Made by a program: the position numbers and the translations under genes
Notes under the pieces: generated by a model
What the model was told of the DNA's origin: nothing
Database searches by the model: none
What the model saw: only the letters and a program-made list of their open reading frames with translations
Source of the DNA: Lenisia limosa
Taxonomy: Eukaryota; Protista; Breviatea
Length of the DNA: 48,753 nucleotides
Direction of reading: 5' to 3'
Assembly (NCBI GenBank): GCA_001655205.1
Contig: LPNZ01007964.1
Location: 1-48,753, forward strand
Part shown: piece by piece, positions 24,607-38,000 of the stretch
How the letters are laid out: each line of letters begins with the position of its first letter
How positions within the stretch are numbered: the stretch's first letter is position 1

Positions 24607-25205
24607 AACTAGTTGAGGTAAATAGGAAGCGCTGATTCAAGCATACTAAAATAAATATTAAATCACTTTCTCTGTGTTGTAAATTGCAAAATAGGAATTA
24701 TTGGGGTAAAAAAATGATTAAAAAAGGCAAATCCGAGCCAGCTATCCCGGGCCGACCTTTCTGTCAAGGCTTTTCTGTCATGTCTATCATCTTCTATCTT
24801 ACTTCTATCCTTCTATTATCGTCAATATTTTTTTTGTCTCTTTTTGTCTATGGTTTTCTTCTCACATCTACTCATCTGCTATTCATCGTCTATTTGTCAT
24901 TTATGAGTCCGATTATTAAAGTAATATCAATATTTCATTTTTCTGTGAAATAGATTCGGGGATTTGGGTGGTTTATTGCGTCTCCATCTGTTGAATTTTA
25001 CGCGTTGTTGTTTGTTGCATATCTCCCNNNNNNNNNNNNNNNNNNNNNNNNNNNNNNNNNNNNNNNNNNNNNNNNNNNNNNNNNNNNNNNNNNNNNNNNN
25101 NNNNNNNNNNNNNNNNNNAAATACAAGGTAAACATAGAACAGAACTCAAAAATCCTTACTAACACAAATAGAAAGAGAAACATACCATTAACACCCCTTT
25201 ATATA

Positions 25206-28200
25206 TTATTTCTTGCTGATTAAAGAATCACTGATTGGGCGAGTGGGCTTTGTCCATCCAACTGGAACGGCCTGATAGTGAGAAAAGGAGAGCAATACTT
25301 TCAAGATAAAGATGATAAGTATAATGTAAAAAGAGAAATAAAACAACAATACTAATGAAACTTGAAAAACAATGGTGAAAGAAAAGCCACAAAAGAAAAC
25401 CACAAAATCAACATCCACCCTCCCCACCAAATCCTGCCGCACGCCATTTGAAGCAACTGGGGAGTGGACACTGGGCACCCGCGAAGACGTGCTCTGCACC
25501 ACCCGGGCCGTGCTCATTGGCGGTCGTTGTGAGCCCATGGCTGCAACTGACACGCTGGTGACCAGAGGGATGGCTGGAAGTTGGGACGGGATCGGAGTGG
25601 AATGAGGCGGCGCCGGGGGGGATGGCATTGGGAGGTTGGGAATTGATGGTGGCGGTGCGGATGAGGACGGTGGCGGTACGACGACGCGAGCTTTGGCCTC
25701 GGCTATTCGTTCTTCAACGGTCTTCATGTAAATCTGGAAAATAAAAACGAGATATCACTGGAAGAAAAGAGTCACAAAAAGACCGAGATTACTGAGTTAA
25801 ACTAATAGTGATTATGAATGATGCTTGAAATATGAAACGCGACAGTATTGCAGAAAAAAAAAGATCAAGTCTCCTAATTCATACCATGGCTTGACGCTTT
25901 CGAATATTGAACTCTCCAAGATTCTCTTTGTGGCTCACGGGGCTGACTATCTGCAGTGTTGCTGGCTGGAACATCTGAGGAGTGAGGGGGAGGGGAGGGG
26001 GCATAAAAAAAAAAAGGTATGAAACTTTTGTAGAACACACTAGGTAAGAGATGGCAAATATGCGAAACAAGACCCCCTTACAAAGCCCTCGTAGCAATGC
26101 CTCTTCGAAAGGCGGAAGCGCACACGCCCTTCAATGTGCTGACTCAGCTTTACCGCGGCTTTGAGGAAGTAAGCACTCTCGTTTTGAGCTGAAGGGTGAA
26201 GGGAAGGGAGAAGGTGAGGAGGGGGGGGGGGGAATATNNNNNNNNNNNNNNNNNNNNNNNNNNNNNNNNNNNNNNNNNNNNNNNNNNNNNNNNNNNNNNN
26301 NNNNNNNNNNNNNNNNNNNNNNNNNNNNNNNNTCACGATTCATTGTATGGTAGAGACGGGCGTTGTCGAAGAGCAAACGAACATCTGACAGGAACTCCTC
26401 GCGGGTGGGGTACGCGTCACAAATAATCTTGTCCTCAATACGGAAGAGGCCTGTAGGGGATAAGCTATTTCACAACAAGCTCTTGGATTTTAGTTTGGTG
26501 CAAGTATAAATAGCTCTTCTCTTGAACCATAATAAATTTGCCAAAACCCACAGATGGGGTTCTTGATGGTTTGGTAGTAATTCTTCACATCTTCAGCAAC
26601 GTCATAACGGAAATCGCTACGGGGTAAGAGCAAATAAACAAATGACAATGTGACACAGTTTCCACTTTGAATAGAGTCGCAATTATCCGAAAACCAACTT
26701 TGAGGTGTAATGGTCAAAAGCTTCCCTGATAATGGCGCGCAGTGACCGTTGGAAAGTCAAATGATCCGTTTTCTCCCATGAAGTACTAAAAAAAAACAGT
26801 CAGAACAAATCAATGATCGATAAAATCAGAGTGTTTTATCCTTTCAATCTGAATCACCCGAAGAACCCACTCCTCAGCCTTCCAATTCGAATCCGCCACG
26901 CCTGGAACGTCTTCAATCCTATACTCGGAAACCGTGGAGAAGTCCAGGCCTTTTTGGACGCTTGTGAACTGTCCCATTTGGTCGACTTGGGTCATGAAGC
27001 GCTGGGGGGGGGGGGGGGGNNNNNNNNNNNNNNNNNNNNNNNNNNNNNNNNNNNNNNNNNNNNNNNNNNNNNNNNNNNNNNNNNNNNNNNNNNNNNNNNN
27101 NNNNNATTCGAAAAATTTAAAGAAAAAATGAGGAAAACAACTTTTGCTCAAAAAAAACAAAAAACAAATAAAAAATCAGAACTCATCCTAGCTCCACCTT
27201 TCGGCTATTTTGGAGAAGGTCGTGGCTGGAGGTGTAGTTAACATGGGGGTGGATTCGGCACTCCATCAGAACAGCCCCATCATAATGCTTGATAAACTAA
27301 ATGACGTCAGCTTACTTGTCTTTTTAGAGCAATGGTTTTAGAGCAAAAGAAGAAAGGGGTTGATGAAAGCCCTAGCTCAAAGATTTGCATCCACAAATAC
27401 TCTCCTATCATCCACATCACCATAGAACAACACCTCCTGATCCCCACCTCTTGCCATCTCGAATCCGGAAGTCTCAACTCTTTGTCAAATCCTGGAGAAA
27501 TAAGAAAGGGGAAGGGGGAAAGGAAATGATTGGAAGAAAAAAACAGTATTGAGACAGTATTGAGTGCCGTTTTGCAGAATATTGAGGACAAGGATTCTAA
27601 ACAAACCTTGTTTTTTGAAGAAGGGTATGGCAAAATTGTCAGCATAGGTCAGGATATTGTGAATATTGTTCCGCTTGGCCCATTCCTGCGGAAATTAACA
27701 CTATCATAATCAAGCAATTTGTCGAAGAAATTAAACACGGTTCAATTCAAATGGAATATTTTCACTAAAGGGCTACCTTGAGATGGTTCATCATAAGTCT
27801 TCCGTAGCCCTTAACTTGGGAACCACTCGACACTGCACAGAACACCACCTAAAAAGAAAATTTAGCAATGATGACATTATCTACACATTCTATCAATATG
27901 ACACATGTAGGTTCAATCAAGTAATAGTGTTTACATCGGCCGGGGAAAGACCTGTGAAATAACACTATTCAGTCATATTCAGGGTAAAGCGAAACTCAAA
28001 GAAGAATGTTCTCAGAGGTGAAAAGTGTGACAAAGGGTAATTAATAATGAAAGGCTGAAAGCAGTCACCCCCCTCCCCCCAACCTCGACAAATCCATTAT
28101 CAGCGAAAGGCCGGAACGCAACTCCTCCGACTACNNNNNNNNNNNNNNNNNNNNNNNNNNNNNNNNNNNNNNNNNNNNNNNNAACACGCCGTAATGTGTC

Positions 28201-30747
28201 GTCGGTCAAACACTACCCTGCCTAAATGTGTCACCACTAGGGCTTCCCTAGGTCCGAAAAATACCGTTAAAATATCAATATTTATCAAGTATTTATCGAG
28301 AAATTCAGTCTCTTTTTTTGGGACCGTGGGTAGCCTCAGGGAAGCCCTAGTCACCAGAAAAAGTCCGCGGGATTTTTGCAAGGAAGTTACTCTATTTGAA
28401 CTGGCCTTATTATATTTCCCACCGACAGTATTTCAAGATTGTTCCTGACCCCCTTACTGATATAATCTCGAAGCATTTTTGGCATTCTTTTGATGAAGAC
28501 ATTTTTGGCCTGAAGGAGATGAGTCTAAAAACACTTGCGAATGAAAGCGAGAAAGAATAATTTAATTCAATTTGAGTCCTCGTAAAAAGTGGCAGAACTG
28601 ACCTGGTCAAGCCATAAGAGCGCCGATCGAGAACCATCGTTGTGGACTAGAATGACGTTGAGTGTGGCTTGATCCTCGTCAGGGGTCAGGACGGAGTGGT
28701 TGCCATGGTGGCCTGAAATGCGTTAATATCGATTATTTGAAGGATTTCCTTCTCCAAAACAACGCTAATTAGCCGAAGGTCCACAAAAACAGATGTACTT
28801 AGGAGATTCCTGATGTAGCTTACCTCCAGAAAAGAACTTATTGAATAGTGCCAGTTCTTCTCGCATCTCATCCTCCAGACCAAACTCCTGCCGGGGTAAG
28901 TTGGTTCGAGAAGGGATGAGCCAGTCCAAGTACCCCCTTCCTGTGCCATACTGTGAGAATTGTGTGGACAAAATCGGGGACGAGTTGGCGAGCATTTGCA
29001 GAAAGCTGGACTTGACGTAGCCTGAAGGGGATTAAAAACACACATACGACACAGACACACACACTTGAAGAGAATGTAATAAAATAGTAGATATGATATA
29101 TTCTCCTAGGAATGTATCAGTCCAACTGCAAACCTTGATAAAACAAGGGGGCCGAAAGCGGCAAGTAAGCTGCTTCCGAAGGCTCTAGTAACCGAAATAT
29201 TTGATTCAATACATTGCCTTAGTCTGTGGGGTTAATCAAATAAAGCTACGTTATTTGTAGGAGATTATCGGATTGAGGACTCAAGCTTCCCTACAGTCCA
29301 AAAAAAAATAATCCTAGAACAACAAAAAATTTTCGGAGAAATTAGATAAGACAATACCCATCTAGACGCCCTATCAAGAAGATGCCCAGCAAGGGGGACA
29401 GCATTACCCAATACCCACTTTGACTTCATGACATCCTCTTCAGAAGAATGGTCCAGGCTGAGGTAATAGGAATAGTCCTATGTCATAAGAGAGAGAGAGG
29501 GGGGTGAGGGGTACACTATCTGTTATTTTCAAAATATGATGTTGATTCCCCTAATTACCCCCCCCCCTCCATTTAAAATATCATGTTAAAGCATACAAAA
29601 TGATCAAAAAGCCTCAGAAACGCGAGTCCTGTTTCATGAAGCGCCTTTTGAAGTTTCACATGTCCGGCAGAGACAATCTAAGGATTAGACAGAAAAAAGG
29701 CGCGCAAATCAAAAACAGCACAAAATGGTTGCAAAAGCGAACCTGGATCGTAGCTGCGTAAAGAGTCTTCTCGTCAAACGTAGGAAACTCACCAGCCTGT
29801 TAAAATTAGCCATACTTCCCCACAAAAAAACAAAACGAGCGAAACGCGTCGTTTACCTTAAGAAGGCGGGGCAGCCGACTCAACGGCATCGTCTCGGTAG
29901 CCTGTTTGGGTGGAAGGTCGGTGTGCCATGGCTTATCAGCAATCTGAACCGGGTCGTCGTCCTTTGTAGATTCGGGAACAGCGGGGGAGGGGGATCGGGA
30001 GCGTGTGGGGTGGGCGGCAGGGATGTAGAGGGGAATGTTGGAGAATTGGTTTGCGGATGGTGCTGGGTATTGCGGTGCTGGGTAGGGGACAACAATCTTC
30101 TTGCGCTTTGGTAAGTTTTGGTGTCTGAAGCGTGAGAAGACTCCACAAAGAAACGAATGCAAAATAAGATAAAAAATGGAGAAAAAAAAAGAGAGAGAAA
30201 CAGCAACTACGTTTATCAGTTATTCCGTTGAGAGTAAAATCTGAATCGGAACCAAATTGCCAATTACCAACCTTTGAAGAATCTCAACATCATTGACTCT
30301 GTGGACAGGAGCTCTCCTCTCGCGAGGTTTCTCTGTGTATCCTTCAGGCTCCCTCAATGCACTGATGTAGGTAGGTCGTTTCGGCGGCAGTTGGCTGCCA
30401 GCAAACATTTTGTCAACAGTAAGCTGCGTCTTTTTGACGTTGGGAGAGTGGGAAGAGGCTGAGGAGATTAACAGTCCAGACTTTGCCTTACCTGCAACTC
30501 TAAAATAGTCTTTTCCATGCTTATGCTGCTCCTTAGATACCAAATTTGCGGAAGGTGCAGCGACAAGACCGCTCCGTTTAGGCAGAGAGGAAACCTTAGA
30601 AGGATCCTGTCGATTCGGCGACTGTTTAGAATTCATATCTACCAAAAAGTTGCCTTCAGCAATTCCTTGACGCTTATCTCTCCTTGGGGATTTGGAAAAG
30701 GTAGTCCTGAGAGGCTTCTGCCCATCTTCTGGTCCTTGTGGGGGCAT
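25206..30747 (-). CDS. GCN5: GCN5/PCAF-family histone acetyltransferase with bromodomain, long N-terminal region and Pro-rich C-terminal tail
   Basis: HAT: AKNVFIKRMPKMLRDYI|SRVVFDRRH..VVGGVAFRPFADNGFVE|VVFCAVSSGSQVKGYGRLMMNHLK|..LTYADNFAIPFFKKQ|GF..FIKHYDGAVLMEC..IEDVPG, with the catalytic Glu retained. Bromodomain: NYYQTIKNPI..YPTREEFLSDVRLLFDNARLY..AYFLKAAVKL. Confidence 0.93.
28240..28347. mobile_element. MITE (108 bp, TA-flanked, GGGCTT termini) in a GCN5 intron
   Basis: ta|gggcttccct ... agggaagccc|ta, with subterminal ggtccgaaaaa / ttttttgggacc. Shares 19 internal bp with the element at 47392. Confidence 0.75.
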
Positions 30748-31136
30748 AATTAACCCTTAAAACTACAGAACAGGTTCCATATGCTGGCTACAGCTTCTAC
30801 TCAAGAGGCTAGAAGTGAATGAAAATCGAAACCTGTGATACTTCCTATCTCTTCCAGATACAATACTATAGAATCAAAACATACACTTTAAGACGGACTA
30901 CAAGTGTTTTTACGGAGAAAAAAAATCACAATAACATCAACAGAATTGTTGTTCGTACTCCCACTTATCTATCTATATTGTCAATTTTTCCTTTTCCCGC
31001 CGTAGTCCTCCTCTCTGGAGTGAAATCGGAGTTCCCGCTGGCGAACAGATAAGCGGCTTCTTCTCTCCCTCTCCTCTCCCTTTCCATGTTGTGAATGGAA
31101 GCATTTAGGTAAAGTAGAAAAAATTAATACGGTAAA

Positions 31137-34100
31137 ATGGTAATTAGAGAAGATTCCTCAGACGTGTCTTTTGAAGATTCGGATCCACTCCTCAAAACTA
31201 CTTCCGTTGATGAAGCGGACAAACTGCAAAGTATGTACTATTGTGGAATATCCGTAAGCATAGTTTGTCTTGTTGTGCTGATAGCTCGCTGTACTTCACA
31301 GCATTCCTATCATTCCAGGAGCATCTTTCATTTGGAATTCAACCCTTGGAGGCGTATATATTCTTACTTAAGTGTATATATACCTCCTTGATTCAACCTT
31401 ATCTATGTTGTTTCAAAATGGTCCCCCTTGGTTTATTTGCTTCATCTAGACTAAAATGTGAGGGAACCATATAGTTTTCAATCCCTCAACTTTCAGAGAA
31501 GAAGTCTGGTGTTGTTCTTCTGGCCGTCATATCAATAACTTTCATTACCCTTTTCAGTACCCAGACTGTTTCAATTAAGGTTTGCATGCCTCAGTTTTAT
31601 TAGAATCAGCCAATTTGTAACTATTTTTGGGAGCAATCAGAAAACTGCTTATAAAGCTTATTAAGAGGTGTTAGTAAACGGATGGACTAATTCGGCCTTT
31701 TGTATCTATCTTCTTTTATCCTCCCTAATCTTTTCGAATTTAATTGTTTCAGGCGTTGAACTACATCTATGACATCAAGCTAGCATGGCTCACATGTGTG
31801 GTGCTCACAATTGCCTGGCCAGTAAGGGAAATGACTTCTGAACATTTTTATGTTTTTTTTTCTGTTTCATCCAATTCGCCAAAATGCTTCATAGTCACTA
31901 GGTCATCAATTCAATTATGGTTTGTTTCTTTCACTAAAAGTATTCCATTTATCCATGTCCAAGTACAAACAATGATAAGTTAAATAATTGAAACACTGGT
32001 TTACCTAATCAGGTGAATATGCTACTCTATGGAGTTGAACGGCTGAGGTCAAAAGGTACCAAGGCATTTGTGCCAAAAATCAACAAAATTGTAAGTAATA
32101 AGTCAAACATGAGTGGCACACTGTTATTTTTTGTAAACAGCTCATGGATTTTAACTCTTATTCTTATTTCTGCAGATTCTTTTGAAGTACTGTTCTTTAG
32201 GATTTCTTGATGCCATCCACAGTTGGCCTGGGGGGGGGGGATATCACTACATTAATATGGGTTTTCCATATTGGCAGTCATTGAATTTGCATAGATTAGA
32301 ATCTTTTATCTGCTTTTTTGTTCTTTTTATTTAGAATTATTTCCTCAAGCCATTTATAACTGATTAATAAAGCTAAATATCATCCCTTTAGTGTCACTTT
32401 TGTCTTTGGCTGTCACTGTTTTGGCGGGCTCCACATAGTGAGCAGCAATTCTAACTTATTTTGTTTTTCAAACCTCTTTTGTTTACAATCTCCAACATTT
32501 TTCATCTAGTATTTCTCATAATTTAGCATGATTCTCAAAACAACCTCGATTCTGTTCAACCTCTTTCTGTCAAGAATTATTCTGGACAAGAAGATCAACG
32601 TCTACCATGCCTTTGTATGATTCTCTATGTGATAATTTTGACAATTTTGACCGGATATAATAGATTTTTCCTTTATCATTCCAGCATACTTGTTTTTGCT
32701 TCAACTGGGAGTTACTTAGGGAGGGTCTAATTCAAACAGGCGATTTTCTTCATGTCGGGTTCCACTGTTCTTGTGGCAATGAACTCTAAAAAGGATGCTC
32801 CGGATGGAGTTTCTCACACCAGGTTTGTTTTGCTTTTTATTTTTTTGATTTCATACTAATCGTGATGGTATACAAGCTCAATTCTACACATTCTATCTAA
32901 TCCTCGGATTCTGACATTTTAACCTCCTAGGTACATGCTTGGGATCGCACAGGCAGTTGGTTCCGCTTTTGGTAGGTATTGGATGGTGTCTTTGGCGTGT
33001 AACACAGTCAGGGCCCTTGCTCTCTTATTCCTATCAGAGTGACTCATAACGGATTGTCAAACAGAGCCTGGTTATCTACCTAACTACTCACAGCAAAAAT
33101 GAAACGACATGAATATCACCATTGATAGTCGATACATTTCACCATCCATTACTCCAAAATCTCAGATTGTAATAAAACTGTCCTTATCCTAAAAAATGCT
33201 GATGTGGAACCATGAAGAAATGGAGACGGGGGAAGGGAACAAGGTTGACACTCCTGCTAGTAATCCATTCAATTACAAGTATTTGATAAATCACAGTGTC
33301 TGAAATGACTTGTCACAGTATCATGACATGTCCTACTTCAAATTTCCAGCCTTATTTCTCAATTATTGTCTCTCACCTTATTTTATCATTATCCTCACTA
33401 ACTGTAACCAAAAAGGTGACGCGCTTCACACCGTGCTCTCTGACATCCTTTTGAAGGACGTGAAGAAAAACAAGTCCGTTTTGACTGTCGCCCAAACTGC
33501 GTCATTCAATGGAATGTTTTCCTTCTTCTTTGTCCTGCCTTTTGCGTTCGTTTCGATGGAGTGGAAAGATTGGCCAAGGTATCCTAAAAATGTAGTGAAA
33601 CTATGCTTATATCATGACCCTTTATGATTTATAATTGTTTGGGGGGAGGGAGAAGAAAGCTATATGGCAGCTTGTTGGAAAGTGTTTTGCTTTGATCTCA
33701 TTTTCAGTACGTTCTCGGACGCAAAAGACGACAATAACCTCTATTATGTCATCGGTTTATTGGCCATTGTGGGTCTGACAAAGCAATTTGGTGAGCCATA
33801 TGTATAGTTTACGGTTTTGTTTGTCTTTGAGAGTAGACAATGATTTTGGATGATAGTATTAGAAACGTAGACATGTTGCGAGTCAACAAGTCCTTTCGTT
33901 TTGTATTTGACTTCATGTCATAATATTTCATATAGTATATGATATACTATATATATATACTATATCATATAATATATATACTAATTATATAGTTCAACAA
34001 CAAATCATCTGTTTACTCTCAAGGATATGTGTTGAAGTTTGCATGTGTTGCGCTCTCAAACGCAATGTTCGCAGGTGTTGTTGATTTGGTATGAGGGGTT

Positions 34101-34389
34101 GAATACTGCTGTTCTCTATTCTCTTATTATACCACTGCTAATTCAATATCTTGCGTGATAAGAAGGCTTCGGCAGATACAACCTTGTTTTTTATTTCTCA
34201 TTTCTATACATACCTACTGCTGGTAATCGCAATTCTCCTGTCCCTTTATGCGGTTTATTTACACGCTAGATCCGAAGAATGGTCGTGATCATTGCTACTA
34301 CTCTTCTCTTCAATGAGTTTTTCGGCCCTATGAAAGCCTTTGCCGTGTTTCTGACTATTGTTGGGTTCTTCCTCTATGTACAAGGTTGA
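31137..34389 (+). CDS. Drug/metabolite-transporter (DMT/EamA-fold) multi-pass membrane protein, purine-permease/SLC35-like
   Basis: Acidic N-tail, then many hydrophobic exons: GVVLLAVISITFITLFSTQTVSIK, GFLDAIH, RIILDKKIN, RYMLGIAQAVGSAF, SFNGMFSFFFVLPF, GYVLKFACVALSNAMFAGVVDL, IRRMVVIIATTLLFNEFFGPMKAFAVFLTIVGFFLYVQG*. The final segment has the typical DMT F.E...K...L...G..LY ending. Confidence 0.75.
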
Positions 34390-35034
34390 AGGGGAACAAT
34401 GGAAAATACACTGTCATTTAGCATCATCTGTTTTGATATGACACTATGATGCAATAGTCCAAATTTTTACCAAAACGTAACACCACTTTTCCGCTGTTGC
34501 TTACTGATATTATAGGAAAGGGTATTGTCCGTACGCCGGAGACAAAACCCCTCCTCAACTCACCAGCAGTGAATGTTTGATCCGCTTCAAGATGGTCTTT
34601 TATGTTATGTATTTTGGTACTTCATGGTAAATGTAGTAGTAGGTCAACTCATGGTGATTTTATTCATCTTTTCTGAGTATGATCTTGAGTATATGGTGGT
34701 ATGTTGGTGGTTTGAGTGTTTGACTGGTGTTTGATGAGTGCGATGCAAGGGCGACATACATTCAAAAAGGGATATTTCGTAACCCCAGTATTTTTATATA
34801 TAAATAGAAAATCTTCTCAGTCTTCTTCCTTTTCCCATAGTTTCCCGTTCCACTGTAGTTTTTTTAGATTAGTAATATGATTAACGGTGCAAACGAGGAG
34901 AACACTGCTTTGAAGCTCTTCACTTAGCCGTATTATTTCCCCTCTGAAGCTCTGTTCTGCTCTTTTGAAGAGAACAGTAAAAAACAACATCAACTACCCA
35001 AAAGTCGAAACCCCCCTCCCCCCCCCCCTCCCCG

Positions 35035-38000
35035 ATGAACCTCACTTCTCCACTGATAGTTTTTTTAACCCTCATCGCCTGTTCGCTTGCTTCGTATGAA
35101 GCGTTTAATCAGCCGAGTAGAAATATTGTTATCAAATATCTCAACACTCAATGGGTATGAGAGGGATGTGTTCCTCCTTTATATGACGTAATCCTTTTCT
35201 GAACTCTCATTTCCTAGGACGAAGTCAAGCACAACTTCGTTGGTAGCGATGTTGAAAAGGTTATTGTGAAAGGTAAGTTACACATTTTCCCGTTATGTTC
35301 TTTGTGCAACTGCCAGATATTTATGACCCTAGTTTCATTGAGACTTTACTTCCAAACAATACAAAATTAGTTTACTTCACCTTTCTCTTTCATTCTTATT
35401 TTCTGTCGATCCACTGTTGACCCAATAAGGCAAGAGATACCACTGTGTGCTTCCAGACCCCCCTGAAGTGCAGTGGCATACTAAGAGCGAAACTATCACT
35501 CAAGAACGACTGACCACCATCTTCAGTAATATCCACAGTTGGCAGGGAAATCAAGGTCATGACTCTAACTAGAGGATAAACTGGTTTCCTTGACTTTTTT
35601 TTATTTGTTTTGAATTATTTATCTTCCTGGATCACATTCTATACTGTGTCTTTATATATTAATTTATCTACCTTAACATTTAGAACTCCCCTGCCTAAAC
35701 CTCACCAACGACTGGCAGTCTTTCGAAGTATGTCCTGGAGAGAGTGTTTCACAGGAGTCAACGTCTCGGGAAGCCACAAAATCAAGACTGCAGGATCTGG
35801 CCGAAAAGGGAGGTCTGCATGATTATTGTGCTTTTGAGGAACACATGATTTCCGTGAAGTGAATTTGTTGTCACCCTACCCCAGGAAAGAAGGGCGATGT
35901 AGCATCCCCACAAAGAGATGACAAGTTCAGCCTCGGGAAATACAGTGTTGCCAAAAACAGGGAGTTGTCAGAATCCGTCCACTCCAATCCCATCGCCACT
36001 AATTATCAGGTAAGCCTCTCTAGTTAAATTTTATCAAATATAGAACTTAGAAATACAAAAAGGTGGTTTTGCTTATACCCTTTAGTACCTTTCGGAGTTT
36101 TATGACGAAGGAGACCTTTGCTATGAGACAAAGAAGCCGCGCAATGCTGAAGTAAGTATCATTTAGGAATAAAAGTGAAAAGCAACAAAACCCAATATTT
36201 TCCACAAGTGTTTTTTTTTTATTATTATTGTTTTCAGTAACGATGGTTTAGGTACGGTATATCTGCAATCCTGAAGAAGATGGAGTGTTAGCCAGCTCAC
36301 AGGAGCACCTTATTTGCAGGTATGTACCTACAAGCTCGCTTACTTTATATGTATTACATACATATATTCATGACTCTTTGTATTAATTGGGAAATTAATC
36401 ATTTATTTGAAGTGAATGACCTTTTCTTTTTTTTTTTGCATTTAAGTCACAATTGAAACTAGGATCATATCGGGCGATTGAACTGTTCACAATGGACATT
36501 CTGTAACCAGAATTCCATTTCTGGTACTTTATTTCTATTTTGTCATTTAATGACATGGAATACTAAGTATTTAGTTACATTTTCTTCATTGAGACTTCGG
36601 CCATTTGTGGCATCTTGGATCCTCAGACCAAAGTCAAAAATAACAATATCATTTGCTATCCTGATAAGGCAGAGAAGCCTCATTCCGTTTCGCTGACTAT
36701 CCATGGTAGGACCAAGAAAAGGACCAGGGATTATGCGGTGCCTTCTGAGCTTTGCTCTTAGTTCTTTTAAATCCACGTCTAATACCAATAGATCAAAAAA
36801 TCACACTTGGTGAACACACGTACCCTATTATTAGGTAAGTTGGTGGGAGAATTGTTAAGATTCTTCACTTTCCATTCTCAGGTTAGTTGTATCAGAGTGT
36901 TTTCTTTTCTTCCAATCTCGAACATTCTGATACCCCTCCCCCCGTTTTGTTTTCAATCACTTTCTGGGGTGTCACACATCACATCACATTTTGCAATTCT
37001 TTTTCGTTCGAAGTATCTATCAAGAGCATCTTTGACGGCAATTTTTTATGTTATAGTCCTGAAGAAGCGTTCAAAAAAGCGGTAGCGGAGTCTTTCGACA
37101 ATCTAAAGGAAGAGGGAAAGCTCATCAATGAGAGCAAGAAGACAACTTCGGACTACTCTTCTGAGTAAGTGGTGACCTGTTTCGAATGATGTCAGTCTTG
37201 GGAATATCATATGTTTAAATAAACGTTTTTAGCCGAAACTTTCCACACCTACAGAGTAGTAGTGCATTACGAACGTTCACCTGAAAACAGTGCTGGCTTT
37301 TTCGAAAAATCTTGTTTTATTCCCATTGATTACAATCGCAGGGATTCCAGATCCAGGGCTGACGAAGCCCGAAAAAAGTACAATCTTGAGAAAGATATCC
37401 AGGCGCCTGGTGCGGTGGTGGAGGACCATGAAACCCACACCATCGTCAAGCGCCCTGGAAAGTGTGAGGGGATGACATAATGCCAGCACAACCACTCTGG
37501 AAAAGACCGGAAAAGTACCTTATTGGTCGGGAATTTATTGAGATTTGCTTGTTTTTTGGAATCCAGCGGAAGCATTTGGCAGCATACTGAAAGAAACGAA
37601 AAGGAAGATACTCGACACAATGGGGTAACAAAGAACAATATTCAATTGGAACGGTTTTTTATCTTACCCAACAGGACGAGCTTTGTGGGTAAGAAAGGCT
37701 GGAAAGCATCCCCTCGAGATCCCTCGGATCTGGCCCCTCTTCCTGATGCAAATCAAGGCTTCCCTGCAATGCCAGGTATATGTGAGAAATTAGACTGGAA
37801 AAGATGGGTAAATAAGAGTATCATATGTTTGTAACAAATGGTGAAATGGAATGGTGGTTTTATTGAATTAATCTGTCAAGATGGTTCAATTCTGTTAACC
37901 TATGTAGCTGAGCAAAGAGCAAGGTTTAAATCGTGTATTCACCATAGCCAAGGATGGCAAAAGGTTGGTAATTATTTCGCTATTTCAACAATAACACAAT

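Noticed and set aside
24770-24900. Degenerate TCTA/TCTT repeat giving a hydrophobic 89-aa ORF (24684-24953)
   Set aside because: Simple-sequence intergenic DNA; the apparent TM peptide is a compositional artefact.
29725-30753. Plus-strand ORFs (129, 62 and 78 aa)
   Set aside because: Antisense to the GCN5 N-terminal exons, with no independent motifs or splice logic.
36543-36788. Minus-strand 81-aa ORF that looks protein-like
   Set aside because: Antisense shadow of the plus-strand ERLEC1 exon SYIFFIETSAIC, which completes MRH domain 1.
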